64,000 nt of DNA. Origin: Seison nebaliae (Eukaryota). This document shows positions 35,290 to 49,700 of this stretch, piece by piece; the first letter of the stretch is position 1; each line of letters starts with the position of its first letter. The stretch lies in NCBI GenBank assembly GCA_023231475.1, contig JALJEE010000341.1, forward strand, positions 1 to 64,000, read 5' to 3'. The notes below the pieces were generated by a model that ran no database searches, was not told where the DNA came from, and saw only the letters and a list, made by a program, of their open reading frames with translations. Made by a program: the position numbers and the translations under genes.

Positions 35290-38200
35290 TTAAATTTGAT
35301 TTATATTCGAATTGGATAATAAGGATTGAGGTGGTGGTGGCATATTTCTTTGAGGAATGGCATAGGAATCATTCTCAGTTTGATTCATTAAATCCTTCAA
35401 TTTCTCATGAATCAATAAACGATCATTATCGATATAATCTTTATTGACTAATGTACTCGTTTGTCTTAACGTGTTGATATATTGTTGTTCATTCGGACTG
35501 TGAATTTGTGATAATTCTGACGAGTTTGACGACGGTGTTTTCCAATCATCATCTTCATCATGACGATTCGATGATGATATTGTTAGTAAATGATTCTCAT
35601 TCGAAATGGCCGTATTCTTATTGATAATTAATGATGGTGGTGAAATGAATAATGGTGGAACAGGTTTAGCCTGTTTCTCTGTTGAATAGTCATCAGGATA
35701 TGAGGATTTTCCTGATTGGATATTGCGGAAGTTATTGACAGACCATGAAGTCAATTTGCATTCAGAATTCGGTTCATATTCCTGATGGTTATTATTTGGA
35801 ATGTTTCGATTTGTAAATCGGTTCAATGTCGAGTAAGTTTGTGGTTGCGGGAATTGAGTTTGGTGGGATTGTGGTGGTTGTGGTGGGAACTGGAAATGAG
35901 GCGAAGCAAATTTCACTCTCGTCATAGTGGACGAATGTTGCATCGATGGTGAAGATCTCATCATATGGAAATTGGGTTTTGTGTTTCTAATGAATTTCTG
36001 ATAATTCTGTTGTTGATATGGTGAATATTGGTGAGATAATGGTGGGGTTGTGGTATCAGTTGTGTTGGAATTGATATCAACTTGATTAGTCACTTGAGAT
36101 GAGGTAGATGATGATGAGGATGATTCATCTAATTTCTTCTTCTGATTCTTCAACTCATTAAACGGAAGATGGGCATTATCATAATAACTTAAAGAACTTC
36201 GATTTATTCGTCGATTATTGGACGACATCACATCTTTCTCCACCGAATAAACCGATTCGGATTCAGTAAAATTCTGAGATGTTTTCTTTTTTGAATGATT
36301 ATTCAATTTTGATTGAGTTTGAGGAGATTTTGTCAGTTTCTTATTGAACAATTTACATTTCCTTCTACAACATGTCAACGATACAGTCACCGTCACTAGA
36401 ATGATAATTAATAGAATTGTCGTACAAGAAATTATAATATTCGTCAAATATTCGTCATTCGCTTTTCCATCAGTTGTGGTAGTTTGATATTGATGATCAC
36501 TAAATAAATGATTCGATAAGATTTTATTTGATTCACGTTTCTTATACATCAAATTCTTTAGCGCAATAAATTTCTGTGATGGAAGTTTATTCTTCAAAAT
36601 CAAATTGTCTGAAGTCGAATCATCAAACGAATATTCGTTAAATTGATCGTGATAATAATTGAAGAAAGACTCTTTTATATTAACGTCTTCATTATGAATG
36701 TGTTTCCGCTCAATTTTCTGATAGGCTTCTGTCACTCCCAAACCATTCGACAAACGACAAGCGAATTCTTTATTAAGATCATGTGTCAACGAAAGATGAT
36801 AGAAATAAATTCGAGAAACGAAAATACTCTTCAATTCATTCTCCTCATCCTTTACTATCTCTTTCACAATCCTCAGTTTCTTTAAACGATAAATATTTCT
36901 AAAGATATTTTTCGATAAATTACCATCATCATCTTCTGATAATTTCATTTCCTCTAAACTTTTCTCTCCATAATACAAATTCTCGTTGATTTCATCGATA
37001 ATTACACCATTTCTCACCCAATTGAATGTGGAAATAAATTTCTCGATATCCCAATTCTTAATGCGACATTCCAGTATTAATTTCGGTTTTGGATTCCATC
37101 CATTTCCATCAAACGGTTCCATCAATTTATCAGAAACATCAGTTAAAATGACTGATGGTCGTTCTGTTTCCAGAATGTGAATATATTGAACAAATGGTGA
37201 TTGATTTATTTCATTCATATCATTCTTTATTGGAACATCAGATGCACAGGAATAAATTCCATATTGATTTCCATCAATAAACGAAATGTTTAAATTACTT
37301 GTCGTTTCTTTCAATTTTATATCATTCTTCTTCTCTTCCTTATTTTGAATATAATTCATCAGATTATTCGAATTATCATTAAATTTCCATAAAGTATTTC
37401 CCGTTATTGCTTCCGGATTTAGATGAATCAACTTAAATTGATTCTTATCGAAAACATTCAACTTTTGATGAGTTTTATCTAAATTTGTCATTTTAATAAA
37501 ATCTTGAGATAACTCATATGATTGAATGTTATTCACACAATTGATGGACGTCTTTGAATATTTGTCCACATAAATTTCACGGAAATAACTCAAATTCCCC
37601 ATGGACATCGATGGTAATTGATTATATGTCGAATGTAAATTTCGTTTAACCGAATCAATCGTAAATTCTGTTATGGGGAAGAAATGACTGCCAATCTGAT
37701 TCTTTACACCACAACTAATTTGATATCCGATACTTTTCCTAGAAAATTTCGATGGATTGGGCAATTGGAGATGGTGCCAGATACTTTCGAAATTATGCCA
37801 GGAATTAAATATTTTCCCAGTTTTCTTATTCAATTCAATTGTCATCCATCGCCAATAAATGATGTAATTCGGTTTATCGGAAAATTTGAAATTTATATCA
37901 AACTCACAAAAAAATTGCCAGACATTCTCATTCGCTACGATTAATCTCAAATTTTCAACTTTCGGTTCATATTGAACTGCCAATTCGATCTGGTTCGATG
38001 AGAGACGATATTCACTGTTCTGTTGAAAGAATGGTTGTCGATTCTCAATCAATTCATCTACATATCCGATTTCGTTTTTACCAATTCGATTAATTGTTTT
38101 GTCATGTGTCAATGTCAATTGAGCTGATGAGAAGAAGGTGATTGCTGAACAAGAAATCTTCTTAATTTGTCGATGTGTTTTAATTAACATTTTGAAGATG

Positions 38201-38994
38201 ATATTGTTATTGTTGTTGTTGTTGTGGAGTCGTTGAATGAACACATTCTCTAAATGAATATCAAGATTCTTATCTAATAATTGCATTCGATAATTTAATA
38301 ATAAATCATCAGATGATTCATTATATTTGGAGAGTGCTGATGATAATTCTATTCGATTATTTTCTTCTAACTCCAAAATAATTGACAGATCAATATTCGA
38401 TAATAATTCATATTGTGTAAGACATGACATCTCAATTAATTCATTTTCATTTAAATGAATTATCGATTTTTTTCCATCATTATTTTCATTTTCGATCTTC
38501 TCGTTAATCAATAATCGATTGAATGATGATCGATCTATAAATTTCTGATTTTTTATCATAAAATTTATTTCGTTCAATTTCGGTATTATAATTAGTTCGA
38601 TTGTTCTTTGTTGTTCACTATCGTGAGTTCGATCGGTCAACATCTTACAAGTGAAATTGGCATTATCGTTCTGATTGACGTTGCGGATATGGAGATCATA
38701 TTCATGTTCTGATCGATTTCCAATTAAGGAGAATTTCTTGTCGTTTAAGAAAGGATCAATCTCTCGATCCAATGTATAGAAGACACACATCTCATTTTTG
38801 CACCAAATAATTTTCGAGTCAGGTATTTCAATTGAATCGAATTTATTCGATCGAATTCGACACAGTAATCGAACATCGTCACCTTCTTTAGCATAAACTC
38901 GTCGAGATTTCCCATCGATATTCGAGAAGACGTATTCGCTCTCACACCATATCGATGGAATGAGAATGAACGGCGATAATAAAAGAAGAAACAT
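35290..38994 (-). CDS. Immunoglobulin-superfamily type I membrane protein, Kirre/Neph (irregular chiasm)-like
   Basis: Signal peptide MFLLLLSPFILIPSIWC; N-terminal V-type Ig (LLCRI..IIWCKN..FSLIGN..YDLHIRNV..DNANFTC); further Ig-like Cys/Trp patterns; TM IIISCTTILLIIILVTVTVSLTCC; low-complexity cytoplasmic tail. A splice acceptor lies 1 nt before the ATG. Confidence 0.72.
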   Translation of the reverse strand: MFLLLLSPFILIPSIWCESEYVFSNIDGKSRRVYAKEGDDVRLLCRIRSNKFDSIEIPDSKIIWCKNEMCVFYTLDREIDPFLNDKKFSLIGNRSEHEYDLHIRNVNQNDNANFTCKMLTDRTHDSEQQRTIELIIIPKLNEINFMIKNQKFIDRSSFNRLLINEKIENENNDGKKSIIHLNENELIEMSCLTQYELLSNIDLSIILELEENNRIELSSALSKYNESSDDLLLNYRMQLLDKNLDIHLENVFIQRLHNNNNNNNIIFKMLIKTHRQIKKISCSAITFFSSAQLTLTHDKTINRIGKNEIGYVDELIENRQPFFQQNSEYRLSSNQIELAVQYEPKVENLRLIVANENVWQFFCEFDINFKFSDKPNYIIYWRWMTIELNKKTGKIFNSWHNFESIWHHLQLPNPSKFSRKSIGYQISCGVKNQIGSHFFPITEFTIDSVKRNLHSTYNQLPSMSMGNLSYFREIYVDKYSKTSINCVNNIQSYELSQDFIKMTNLDKTHQKLNVFDKNQFKLIHLNPEAITGNTLWKFNDNSNNLMNYIQNKEEKKNDIKLKETTSNLNISFIDGNQYGIYSCASDVPIKNDMNEINQSPFVQYIHILETERPSVILTDVSDKLMEPFDGNGWNPKPKLILECRIKNWDIEKFISTFNWVRNGVIIDEINENLYYGEKSLEEMKLSEDDDGNLSKNIFRNIYRLKKLRIVKEIVKDEENELKSIFVSRIYFYHLSLTHDLNKEFACRLSNGLGVTEAYQKIERKHIHNEDVNIKESFFNYYHDQFNEYSFDDSTSDNLILKNKLPSQKFIALKNLMYKKRESNKILSNHLFSDHQYQTTTTDGKANDEYLTNIIISCTTILLIIILVTVTVSLTCCRRKCKLFNKKLTKSPQTQSKLNNHSKKKTSQNFTESESVYSVEKDVMSSNNRRINRSSLSYYDNAHLPFNELKNQKKKLDESSSSSSTSSQVTNQVDINSNTTDTTTPPLSHQYSPYQQQNYQKFIRNTKPNFHMMRSSPSMQHSSTMTRVKFASPHFQFPPQPPQSHQTQFPQPQTYSTLNRFTNRNIPNNNHQEYEPNSECKLTSWSVNNFRNIQSGKSSYPDDYSTEKQAKPVPPLFISPPSLIINKNTAISNENHLLTISSSNRHDEDDDWKTPSSNSSELSQIHSPNEQQYINTLRQTSTLVNKDYIDNDRLLIHEKLKDLMNQTENDSYAIPQRNMPPPPQSLLSNSNINQI

Positions 38995-41900
38995 TCTGAA
39001 TATAAGAAAAAGAAAAAAATGTTTAGACTACAAATTTTTTGACGTAAAAAATGTGAATCGATAAAAAGAAATCGATGAATCTTCTCAATTCTTCACGATA
39101 AGTAATTAAATGAGAAGAAATATATTAGTGTAGGGTAAACCCACATAAATTGAACTTGAAATGGTGGGAAAATACATAAAAATCTAATCTCAAGTGTAAT
39201 ATGATTAACAATCTCACATTAGAAATAATTACATTAATTCTATTTTATCATCCTATCCATCCGCAAACGTACCATTACGACGATATTTATAGACATATAA
39301 ATTCTCATAAGAACAAATGAATTTTTTTTTCAATTCTCCCACTCGCGCTAGAGAGGAAGATTAATAGAAAGAAATGTGTTTCAATTGTTAATTGAAATTT
39401 GCATTTGTCATCTGCAATGATGAACGACGATGACGATATTAGGTCAGATGTATTGTGAATCAAAGTTCCTCCTCCAAATGCATAAAATGGTGTTTGGGAG
39501 GCATATTGAGAGGAATCAGTTTAAGTTCCAAAGGAGGAAGTGAGACAGGAAGCGCTGAAAGAAGAATAAAAGGACTTCTGTCTTCCTAATAATATTTCCT
39601 CGCACTATATTTTCTGTTTATTATTTTCCTTCATCTGTGTCCGTATCGTCATCATTCCCATCATAATATCATTCGCCCAATCTGGGCAACAGATGAAAAT
39701 AATGAGGATCCTCTTACCACATCTACTTCTTTCTCCATTTTGTCAATGAGAAGAAGATTTCTAATTCGAAATTCTTTTCGAAACTAAATCGTTTGTAAAT
39801 CCACTAATTCCTTCGTTTTTATGAAGGGGAATGGGTGAGGTGAAAAGAAGTGTTTTAACATTAATTCGTATGTCAATCAATAATGTGTCAATACCAATTA
39901 GACAATTAGGAATGGGAAAGAAAACTATGAATGTTTTAAGCAGAAAGGATAAGAAACGGAGAATTAATGGATTGTCGATTAATAAACTGACGTTGTGGTT
40001 AGTCTCAAGAATTACTTATCTAATTGATAAATTATAAGAAAATTTAATGTTTATCCTCATCAATTAATACTTTCAGAAGGAACACAATAACAATCATGAT
40101 AAAAATGAAGGAAGTGTTAAGAGTAGTGTCGCGAGTTTATTTCCTCATAAAACTGAATGATCATGACAATTCACTACCTAAAAATTCAATACGAACGATA
40201 CCTGAGACAGAAATATACTTCAATGATTCTTCTTTTTGACAGCCATGTGAATAGCAAATGCCTCACACACCAAATACCTCGTTCACAAGTTTATCAATCA
40301 ATTAACGTATTAGACAAAGATCTTTCCACATATTTACCAATCAACTCAAATTCAACCAACCACCACCACCATCATCACCACCACCTTCGACTATAAAATA
40401 TTTTAACTAACTATATATATGTCTTTGATAAAAAAAATGAAGAAGAAGAATAATATGAAATGATGTTCCACCAATTTGAGGAAGAAGTAATCGTAAGAGA
40501 TTATCTTCATGATAAAGTTGATTAGGTATGTCCCTAAAAATGATTGGGATTAGAATAGTGAATAGACTGGATTTAGTAACTTATCTTCCTAACAAAAGAT
40601 ATGACAATTGTCATATTTCTTTATGCACATTCTATGAACAAGAAGAAATTGGAGACCTGGGAGACTTAACGTTGATACATTCAGAAACTTATCACGCGAA
40701 ATAAAACGACGATTCATATCGTCACATTTTTATGAGAATTAATAATTTTTATTGTAAAAAGAAAAGGTGGGAGAAAAAACGGTTTTAAATCGGAAATGAT
40801 CCAAATTATTTATCTTGCTTCCTAATTATTGTGTGATGAAAAGGGGACATTTCCAGTAATACTCATTAATCAAAAGAAGAAGAAAAACAATAAATTGACA
40901 AGAACATATTGAAGACGAAGAATTAAAACATTAACTGTCAGGAAACTTACCGATTTTGTGTTTCATTTTCATTCAAAATTTACACCTCATTTCACATGTA
41001 ATTTACTTTGTCATTTGGGTCTTCATCATCATCTACCATCAGACTACTATCGACGTCTAGTAGTTTTAGTTAGAATGAATTGAAGGATGAGTAATAATAC
41101 GGAGAATATGGTTGATAGAAAATGATATGGACGACGAAGAAGGATAATGATGATCAGGATAAATAAACAAAGAACGGATGTCATTCACCTATCGATCATA
41201 CAAAAAACAACAACTGTAAAATTAAGGCAAACTAAACAAGAAGTAAGTTAACGACAAAGTGATAATGGGAAATAGAAATATATATTTTTCTCACAATCGA
41301 TTGATGACATTTTAGACGAAGAAGAAGATATCGATAATTAACTGCAGATACTTATTTCAAATGTTCGAACAATAATCCTCTCTCACTAAACAAAATTTGG
41401 ATTAGGAGAAAACTATGAAGAAAATAAATTGGAAGAAATACTAAAAATTTTCACAAATTTCTTCTATTATTTCTTTCACCCTACCTAAATAGTTCATAGG
41501 AAGAATTTATGAATTGGAATGATGGAGCATATAAATGAATTTCTTTTTCAAATAGAAAAATTACCGAAAAATGTTTGTTTAAATGAAACATGTAATCGCG
41601 TTTGTTCGGATGTAATCAGCTGCATATCAGATTAAATTAATTGACCATCGGGTACTTGTATCGGGGGTAGCCGTTGGATTTAAATCTGCTTAATACGATA
41701 CAAATCATACACGCTACTCTTGAAAGGATTCATTACTAATTCTAATTGTTCGGTTGAATGATGAAGGATCCCCATATAATCTTTCAACGCCATCAACATT
41801 TCCATTACTTTCCGATTATTATTATTAGTACATTAATTTGACTGATACTAAACAGTTAGTTGATATTGAAAATTGACAGCTGTGTCAGCTGATGCACACT

Positions 41901-44900
41901 AACAAGGAATGAAGTTGGAAGCATAACACGATTCCTGCTGCGATATGGGACTCGATGAATAATTGAGCAAAATGCTGTTCTATTGTCTTTGAGAAGAAAT
42001 TAGTGTGAATTCTCCTTCCTCTTTTTAATCGACGCATGTTTGAGTTTTGTTGTTGAAAGAATTAACAGGAAGTCATCAAACAATACTAGGCAACTGTCCT
42101 TTACAATAAGAAAATGAAAGGAGGTACAACTTTTGGACTTGAGAAGAGTTCGTGTGAAGACTAGGACAATATCTCTATCTTTGGACAATTCGATCATTAG
42201 CAGAATTACTTACAGATCAATGACAACGTTTTTTCGTCATCAATCTTTCCCATAGGAAAAAGAAAAATTAATTTGAAAAACATTATGACTTGAGGTTAGA
42301 GACGAAATGGGAATTGTGTCCTAGACCACTTCAAAGTTGTTTAGGTAAATGAATACGAGTAAACAAAAGGAAAAAGAGAATGTAAACGATAATTGTCGCA
42401 AAAGTAGAAAAGATCACGATTCGACTTTCCGTTCTTAATTTCTTGTGGCGATTGAATATCTGGAATTTAGAATTAACCGATTGTTCTATGATAATGGTTA
42501 AACTATTTTTATTGGAACGACATTTAGGAAATCAGAAGGAAAAAAAATAAGGAATTTTCAAATTATTCTTTTGGATCAGTTACCAGTGAATCTGAAATCA
42601 ATTTGGAAGAAATTATAAATGATTCGAAGGATTTTCTTTTATTCCATTAAAGAAAAATCAATTTTCTTCCTATTTACACATGTCTCCCTCTTGAGCGATC
42701 AGTGTTGCATTCAGTTGCCGCCCAAAATATCACAGAGAATCAACTGTAAGTGTTTGTCAGGAGACTGGTGAATGGAAAGATGAAAAGGAGAGAATGCTTC
42801 CGGTTTCAACCGAACGGCTACTTTGATGGAATCTTTCCTTTCCCTATGAACAATTTGTTGATAGATAAAATTACATTTTCTTCAATAAAATCAACGTTGA
42901 GATGTTAGTGAAGAATGTGGGGAAGCCTTCAAGAAGAATCAGTTGAAGAAGATCGATTCCATTACTAATAAATTAGAATTGAAAAATATTTGTTGTTGAG
43001 AAAGGGGAATGCAGTTTTTCTTTGCACATATGTGCAGTGTATCGAAAGAATCTTTGAACAATTATCGAAGAAATATTGATAGAAGAATGCGAACATCAAT
43101 CAGGCAATATCAGTGGAAAACGAATATTTCATGGACCATGCAAACGATTGACGGTCATGCATGAAACCTGAAGATTGTTACAGATCGATCGAAGGCGAAT
43201 AGATGTAGTTGGGCGTGTTTGGAGAGAGGAGGTCTCTCAATTCTTTCTCGAATGATCGAGTTTAATGATAAGGTTGAGAAGAATAAATGTGAAGAATCTT
43301 TACAAATATTCAGCTGCATGGACTGAGATGATGGTAGTTGAAGATGATATCGATCATTTATTTTATCATATTATCATATTTCAATAAATTCTCACACCAT
43401 TCGATTTCACCTAATTCGCCTCCTAATTGTTTACGACCTTCTTTATACGCTCATTTACTCCGATCTTGTGATGGTTCTCATAAAAAGTTTAATAAGAAAA
43501 ATTATTGGGAAGACTAAACGATTTGAGGTGAGAACGATCGTTATTCATCGTAAAAATTAAATTAATTTCTAATTGAAACTTTCTCGATGAGAAATATTGT
43601 TGGGAAAAATGAAAAATATATGGAGAAAAATGGAGAAATATTTTTTTCTTATTTCCAGTTGGAATTCGCAAAAAATTGGATGAATTCTTTGGAATTGGTT
43701 GGAAGAAAATGAATCTTTACTACTATTCTTTCTTCGATTGTCATTATTTCATTGTTTATTTCACGTCAGTAGACTGTCATCAAATATTGATGATGTAATG
43801 CAAACAATACGTTCTTCTCTACCCAATTTACAGGAAGCGAACGAAGGAAATATTCTAAACAAACTGTGAAGTTGTTAATCATCAAATCGTTCTATGACAT
43901 CATCATTCTCTTAATAGAATCTTTATCCCAAAAGAAATATTTATGCAAAAAACATTTCATCATCTTCCTTCATTAAATATCCATTAAGATGTTCGATCCG
44001 GAAAAATTAGAATACTAAAGACCAATCTATTGACCGCCAATCAATTGCCGCTCATATTTTGTCATGTACTGTCAATTCTGATGGTTGTGCAATATCTCTC
44101 AACACCGAAATTATTCGAAAATTTTGTCGATTGGAGGCAATAATAATATTGGAGGCGATTTAGAGTCGATGCTCCTCCTTATAATTCTTCGTACACTATT
44201 CTACATTACTAGTACGAATATGGAGATGAAACATATAATTTTCTCTCAACTTTTTTTTATCCAACACTTTTCTTTCAACGAACATCATAATATGAATGCA
44301 AATTTATATCATCTAATTTTTCCTTCTTTTTATTGTGACGATGATGACGACGATGGTGGTGGTAGTTGTGGATATGCAGATAAAATATATTCAGTGTCGA
44401 TAATTATTAGAGAGATAGTTGGGAGTTGGGGGGAAGATATTGGGGAAAATTATAAGAATGACCTGAATGAAAGAGTAATATAATAGGAGAGACGATATAA
44501 TCGAAATAGATAGTTAAGAATTTGGATGTAGATGGAAATTATAAAGACCAAATTCGTTAACTGACCACTGTCCATTAGATCATTTCCTACTCTCGTTTCT
44601 CATTAAACTTTTCGTGATATTTACTTGAGGATCGACTATGCAGCATCGATATGAGAAGAAGGAATATTGTTATTTTGTCGAATATTTTCATGAATGTGGA
44701 TGAATGTTGACCAATTTTCTTCCGTGACTATCCTATCTATCTTTCAACATTGTTCTCGTACTAGATATGGAATGACGTGAGAGAGAATGGAAGAAACAGA
44801 ATAAAATTGAATTGCAGAAGGAATGTGGAGGAAAGCGGATGTGAGAATAATAAAAAAATTGAGGTAACAGTTTATCGATATCGATATCAGCAAACCATAT

Positions 44901-46734
44901 TCGAACCTAATTTAATTATTAACTATTCCCACTTCCGTTCCACTAAAAATGTGCAGTTAGATTTGGAGAGAAGGAAAGTTTATTGTGCAATAAATTCCTT
45001 CCAGCTCGAATACCTCCCCGACAAATCGATCACAACAATAATTTCAAGATAAAACTTCCCGTTTGGATAGAGATGATAATTATTGGGGGGAAATTATATA
45101 TTTCCTTAATTAATTTATTCAAAAAATGCATTTCAATGATAATAACGAGAATATTATGTAATTCGATGATAATTAATATTATTGGTAGTGTGAATCTTTC
45201 GAACGATGGAGAAGGAAATCCACAATTATTTTTATAGTTCTCACTTATCCAATTTTATTCGAACCAGACAAAAATGTCAATCTCATAAAAATTTGTGAAT
45301 CGACAAGAATTGTTAATTCAATTATATCAACAACAACAACATTTTTGGTTATTGAATGAGAAACGACACCTAAATTCTCAACCATCTCCATCTAATAAAA
45401 GAGAAGTAACATTGAACAAGGAACAATAAGGATGAGAACAGTAAAGGAAAAAGACAGAAGATTCTTAAAGTGAAAATATGAAACTGGAAGAAGCTACTTG
45501 AAGTCTCTAACTGAAACATTTGATGTTGTTTACATAAACACCATTCCAAAAACTACCTTTCCATTCATGAAATGTTTGAGAAAATTTTATTCATATCATG
45601 TCGTAAATGTCAATAAAACATCAAGGTCCTCACACCAAAAACATATTTTAAGTGGAAATTTAATTTCAGTTGAAAATCCCATTAGAAATATACTTCTCCA
45701 ACTTTTTTCCACTAATCTATCATGCTGATGAAAATTTCTGATAAAATTATATAACTTCACGAAATGGAACGATATAAGGAATAATGTTGTGGTGGAATAA
45801 CATAAAACCGATAATTAAAAATTGATTAAAAATGAAAGAGATTAACTTTGTTTTATAGTTTCCTCTCATACCAAAAAAGCGAAAGGATTGACAAACGACT
45901 GTTACATTTTTCCTTTTCTTATCATCATGAAACTTATGTACATGGAATATTTTTAGGGTTCAACTTCTCCACCATTTACATACTACGGAAGGCGATGATG
46001 TAATATCATGTGATATCAATCATCTTTTCATTAAGAATTTAGGTATAAAACTATTTTTCATGCAATTTCTTCATTCACATAAAACTTCTTCTTCGACGTT
46101 TCGTGCAATTTAATATGAGGAACATTCCATTCGACTGGAGGAGAATATATCAGTCATAGCAACTATGATGGATGGTGAAGATAAGAATGGAAACATGAAA
46201 TGGTAGAGAAGTTATTGGAGTAGAAGAAATGAAAATGAAATATTCATTAACATTGAGTCGACATGATGAGATGAATGTCAGTAGTTCGGAATTAAGGAGA
46301 AAGTATCCGCTCGAATTATTAGCGAAAAGAAAATGGAATTGAATTTCGAGTCTCTCATCTAATTCGAATTATTCCATAAACTGAGAGGTTGGGAGATATT
46401 ATGTGGAGACTGAGACATATGCTACATCATCATATTGAATGTTTACCTCATCAATATGATATTATGTTGAAGAAAGAGGAAATCTTCTTCCATCAGTCCC
46501 CTCTAATAATGATGAGAGTGATGATGAGCTTAACCTCACACAATTTGGTCTTTGAAAAAAAGTCGGCAAATTCAAACGTACCGCTATCATTACGCTCCTC
46601 TTTACTAATTTGAATGATCAATAATTATATAATATTCTCAGAACTTTCCATCGGTAATGATGAGAATAAGATTCTTTTCAGATTTGTTACAGTTTTCTCA
46701 AATTACTGGAATGGTGTTGATAAAAAGTGATAGA

Positions 46735-46760
46735 ATTAGATGAGATATATCTCATCTAAT
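46735..46760. repeat. Perfect 26-bp palindrome
   Basis: attagatgagata|tatctcatctaat. Confidence 0.9.
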
Positions 46761-49700
46761 ATTAAGGAAACTGATAAATATAGAATGGAAAACGAAAAAA
46801 TCAGTTCGTTCATTTCTTTCCCAACTTTCCAATCGTGAAAAAATAGAATGTTGAGATAAAATAGAAATTGTGGTTAAATGGAGAATAATCATATTGTTGT
46901 TCGACTTCATCAATCATTGATTTTAATATTCGATCGATTGAATATTGTCGTTTTCAATTGTAGTTCTGTTCAATGAATGGCATATTCAATTGGTTAGGTG
47001 CAACGTATATTGATTGTTGTTCATAAATATGGTGCAGGTTCAAATGTGACCAGAGACTATTGATATATAGAGATATCGATAAATGTAATTATGAGATGCA
47101 TGTTTTGTTCTTAACGACACTGCCAATTCCTCTTCTACCCTCCCTCCTCCCATAAATAATTCATTGTCTTCCTTAGAGAATCGACACAACAATTTCCAGT
47201 CACAACAACGAAACGACTGTCAAAAAAAGCACAAGATAATAATTGGAAACGAATAAGAAATTATATTTTCGGAAATTATGAAGGAAAGCAAATGTTAAAC
47301 ATTTCTAATTTTTCATCTATCCACCATTTCTGACGTATACTCTTCCTGCCACTTCTCACTTTCTTCAAATCGTATAAATTATGATGGTGGATATAATTGA
47401 GAAATATCTCAACCAATTCTTCTCATTATAATCAATCGATAATTGAGTTCGTTATTCTCTAAAAAATAAATACTCTCCCACCACCAAAAAAAAACGAATA
47501 GAAAACAAATAAGCAAATGAAAGTTGATGTGTGGATAATGTGTTGTTAATTGAGCAAACAATGTTCGATGTCATCAGGCAGCAGCATCATCATCATCATC
47601 ATCAACATCTTCATCATTATCGTCAATGAATAAAAAGTAAACAAATGAAATTTTTTCTTTTCAGCCAAATCAGATTTATTTCTTATCAAGAAAAAAGAAA
47701 GTTCTAAAAGAAAAATGATTATTGGCTATTCGAACAATAATTCTAAAAAAATGGATGGAACCGATGAAGCGTGTACATGAAATGGAACGTTATTTACGTA
47801 AAATTTGACCAGACGAAATTAAAAAAATAAAGTGGAATAGAAACGTGATTCATAATATAAACACTATCGTCCATTATCATTCTGAACGGTACGGTCGTCA
47901 TCTTATCAGTAAATAGTAGTGAATGATTTGAATACATAATCTGACGACCTCGATCATCGGAAGAAATGGTTATTCCGAATGAAATGAAGGGAAATCAGTT
48001 TGTAAGAATATTTCGATTTAATATTCAAAATGATAACTGAACCGCAAATAATTTCCACTAATATCAATGTTATTCACTGGTAATACACAATTGATAGTGA
48101 TGATAAGCTCTTCCTCATTTCACTCGTATTCACACATGTTCGGATGGAGGAGAATGTATTTCTCCTTTATCCACATAAATTCTGTTTCATAGTCTTCCAT
48201 TCAGTCTTCATCATTCACCAATATCGTCAATGATTGCTACACTTCCACGTTCGTAAGAGAATCTTGTTCGAGTGAATACATGTTATTCCAACAATTTCAA
48301 CACTATCTATTCCTTCACTTAATTTGTAACGTCAACTTGAATAAGTTCGTTCATTTAATCGAAGTAAAAGGTTCTGTTTTCTTTTCTCCGAATGGAGATA
48401 ATGCGGAAAATCGGGAAACGACCGAACGTGACAAACTTATCCATTCCATCGAATAAACATATATATTATTATTTAACTCCAAACGAATTATGAAAGAATT
48501 TGAAAATTTCAAATGATAAGTAAAGTATTAGGAAACGGAACATATTCCCAAATTAATACGAATCTACAAAACTGGTTCCTCATCCCCACTTAATATAAGT
48601 CAATGAAAATGCTACACACGGACACCGGATATCATAAATAATAGCTAATGATATTTAATGGAGAAACGTGAAAGTTTTCTTAATAAGAAATTCTCTTTAT
48701 TGAAGATCAACTTTATGAGGTTTTTCCGTAAACGAACGGGGATCTAAATGTTCTTGTCTTCTGCCTCATAAGTGTGTAGTGGATGAACGAGCAGTTCGAT
48801 TGAAAGAAGACATATAGAGATGTTAGTAAGAGGAGAGAAGTACCAGAAGTAGACGTATATTGTTAGTAAACATTTCTTTCCAATTTAAAATGATTTCTCC
48901 TTCTCTAACACAGACGACGAAGAAGACGAAGAATTCGGATTATTTAAAATGGATTTATTCGAAATAAGAAAAAAGTTTGGACGTAGGTCGACAATGAAAC
49001 GAATATTTTTTTCAATGATACGGAATTGAATCGAATCAATTACGGTTTGATGTTAATCCATTATTCATCGACATCAAACGGCTCGTAAGTCCTCCCCACA
49101 AAAATGAGAAGAAAAGACTCAAAATAAAATTTTAATGAGCATTCTTCATGATCACGTCAAAGACGATATAAGATCGACTGGTTAACATTAGTCCGTGGAA
49201 AATTTCTTTTGAATAATTTTTCTTTTTTTGGATTTGCATCCACATTCTATTCAGTGGAAGACAAAAGCTTTTCTGAAAATATTTTCATGAATTTCATGAA
49301 AGAACGTGACGATAAATATTCAAGTACTATCTCCTGATTGTTGGACGATTGCCTTTCAACACATTTCCACCAAGACATGTCGTTCCAATCGTTGAATTGA
49401 ATTCATTCGATTCCTACCAGATTCACTTTCTAACCTGCCAACTATTTATCGGACAAGAAAAAATTAAAAAGATTTATTGTTTGAGTTTGGCTGAATGAAA
49501 ATGGATAATATGAAAATTAGAAAACTAAACAATGTGTGTGAAGGGAATAGATGTAACAGATTATTGAGAAGTTTTACTCGTGAGTCTAACAATTCTTCTT
49601 TGTTTTGAGAAGGAATCGTAAACATTGTAAAGTTGTTAGAAAGTAATAGATAATAATAATATCATACAATGGGATGATATGTTGAAAATTTATCATGAAA

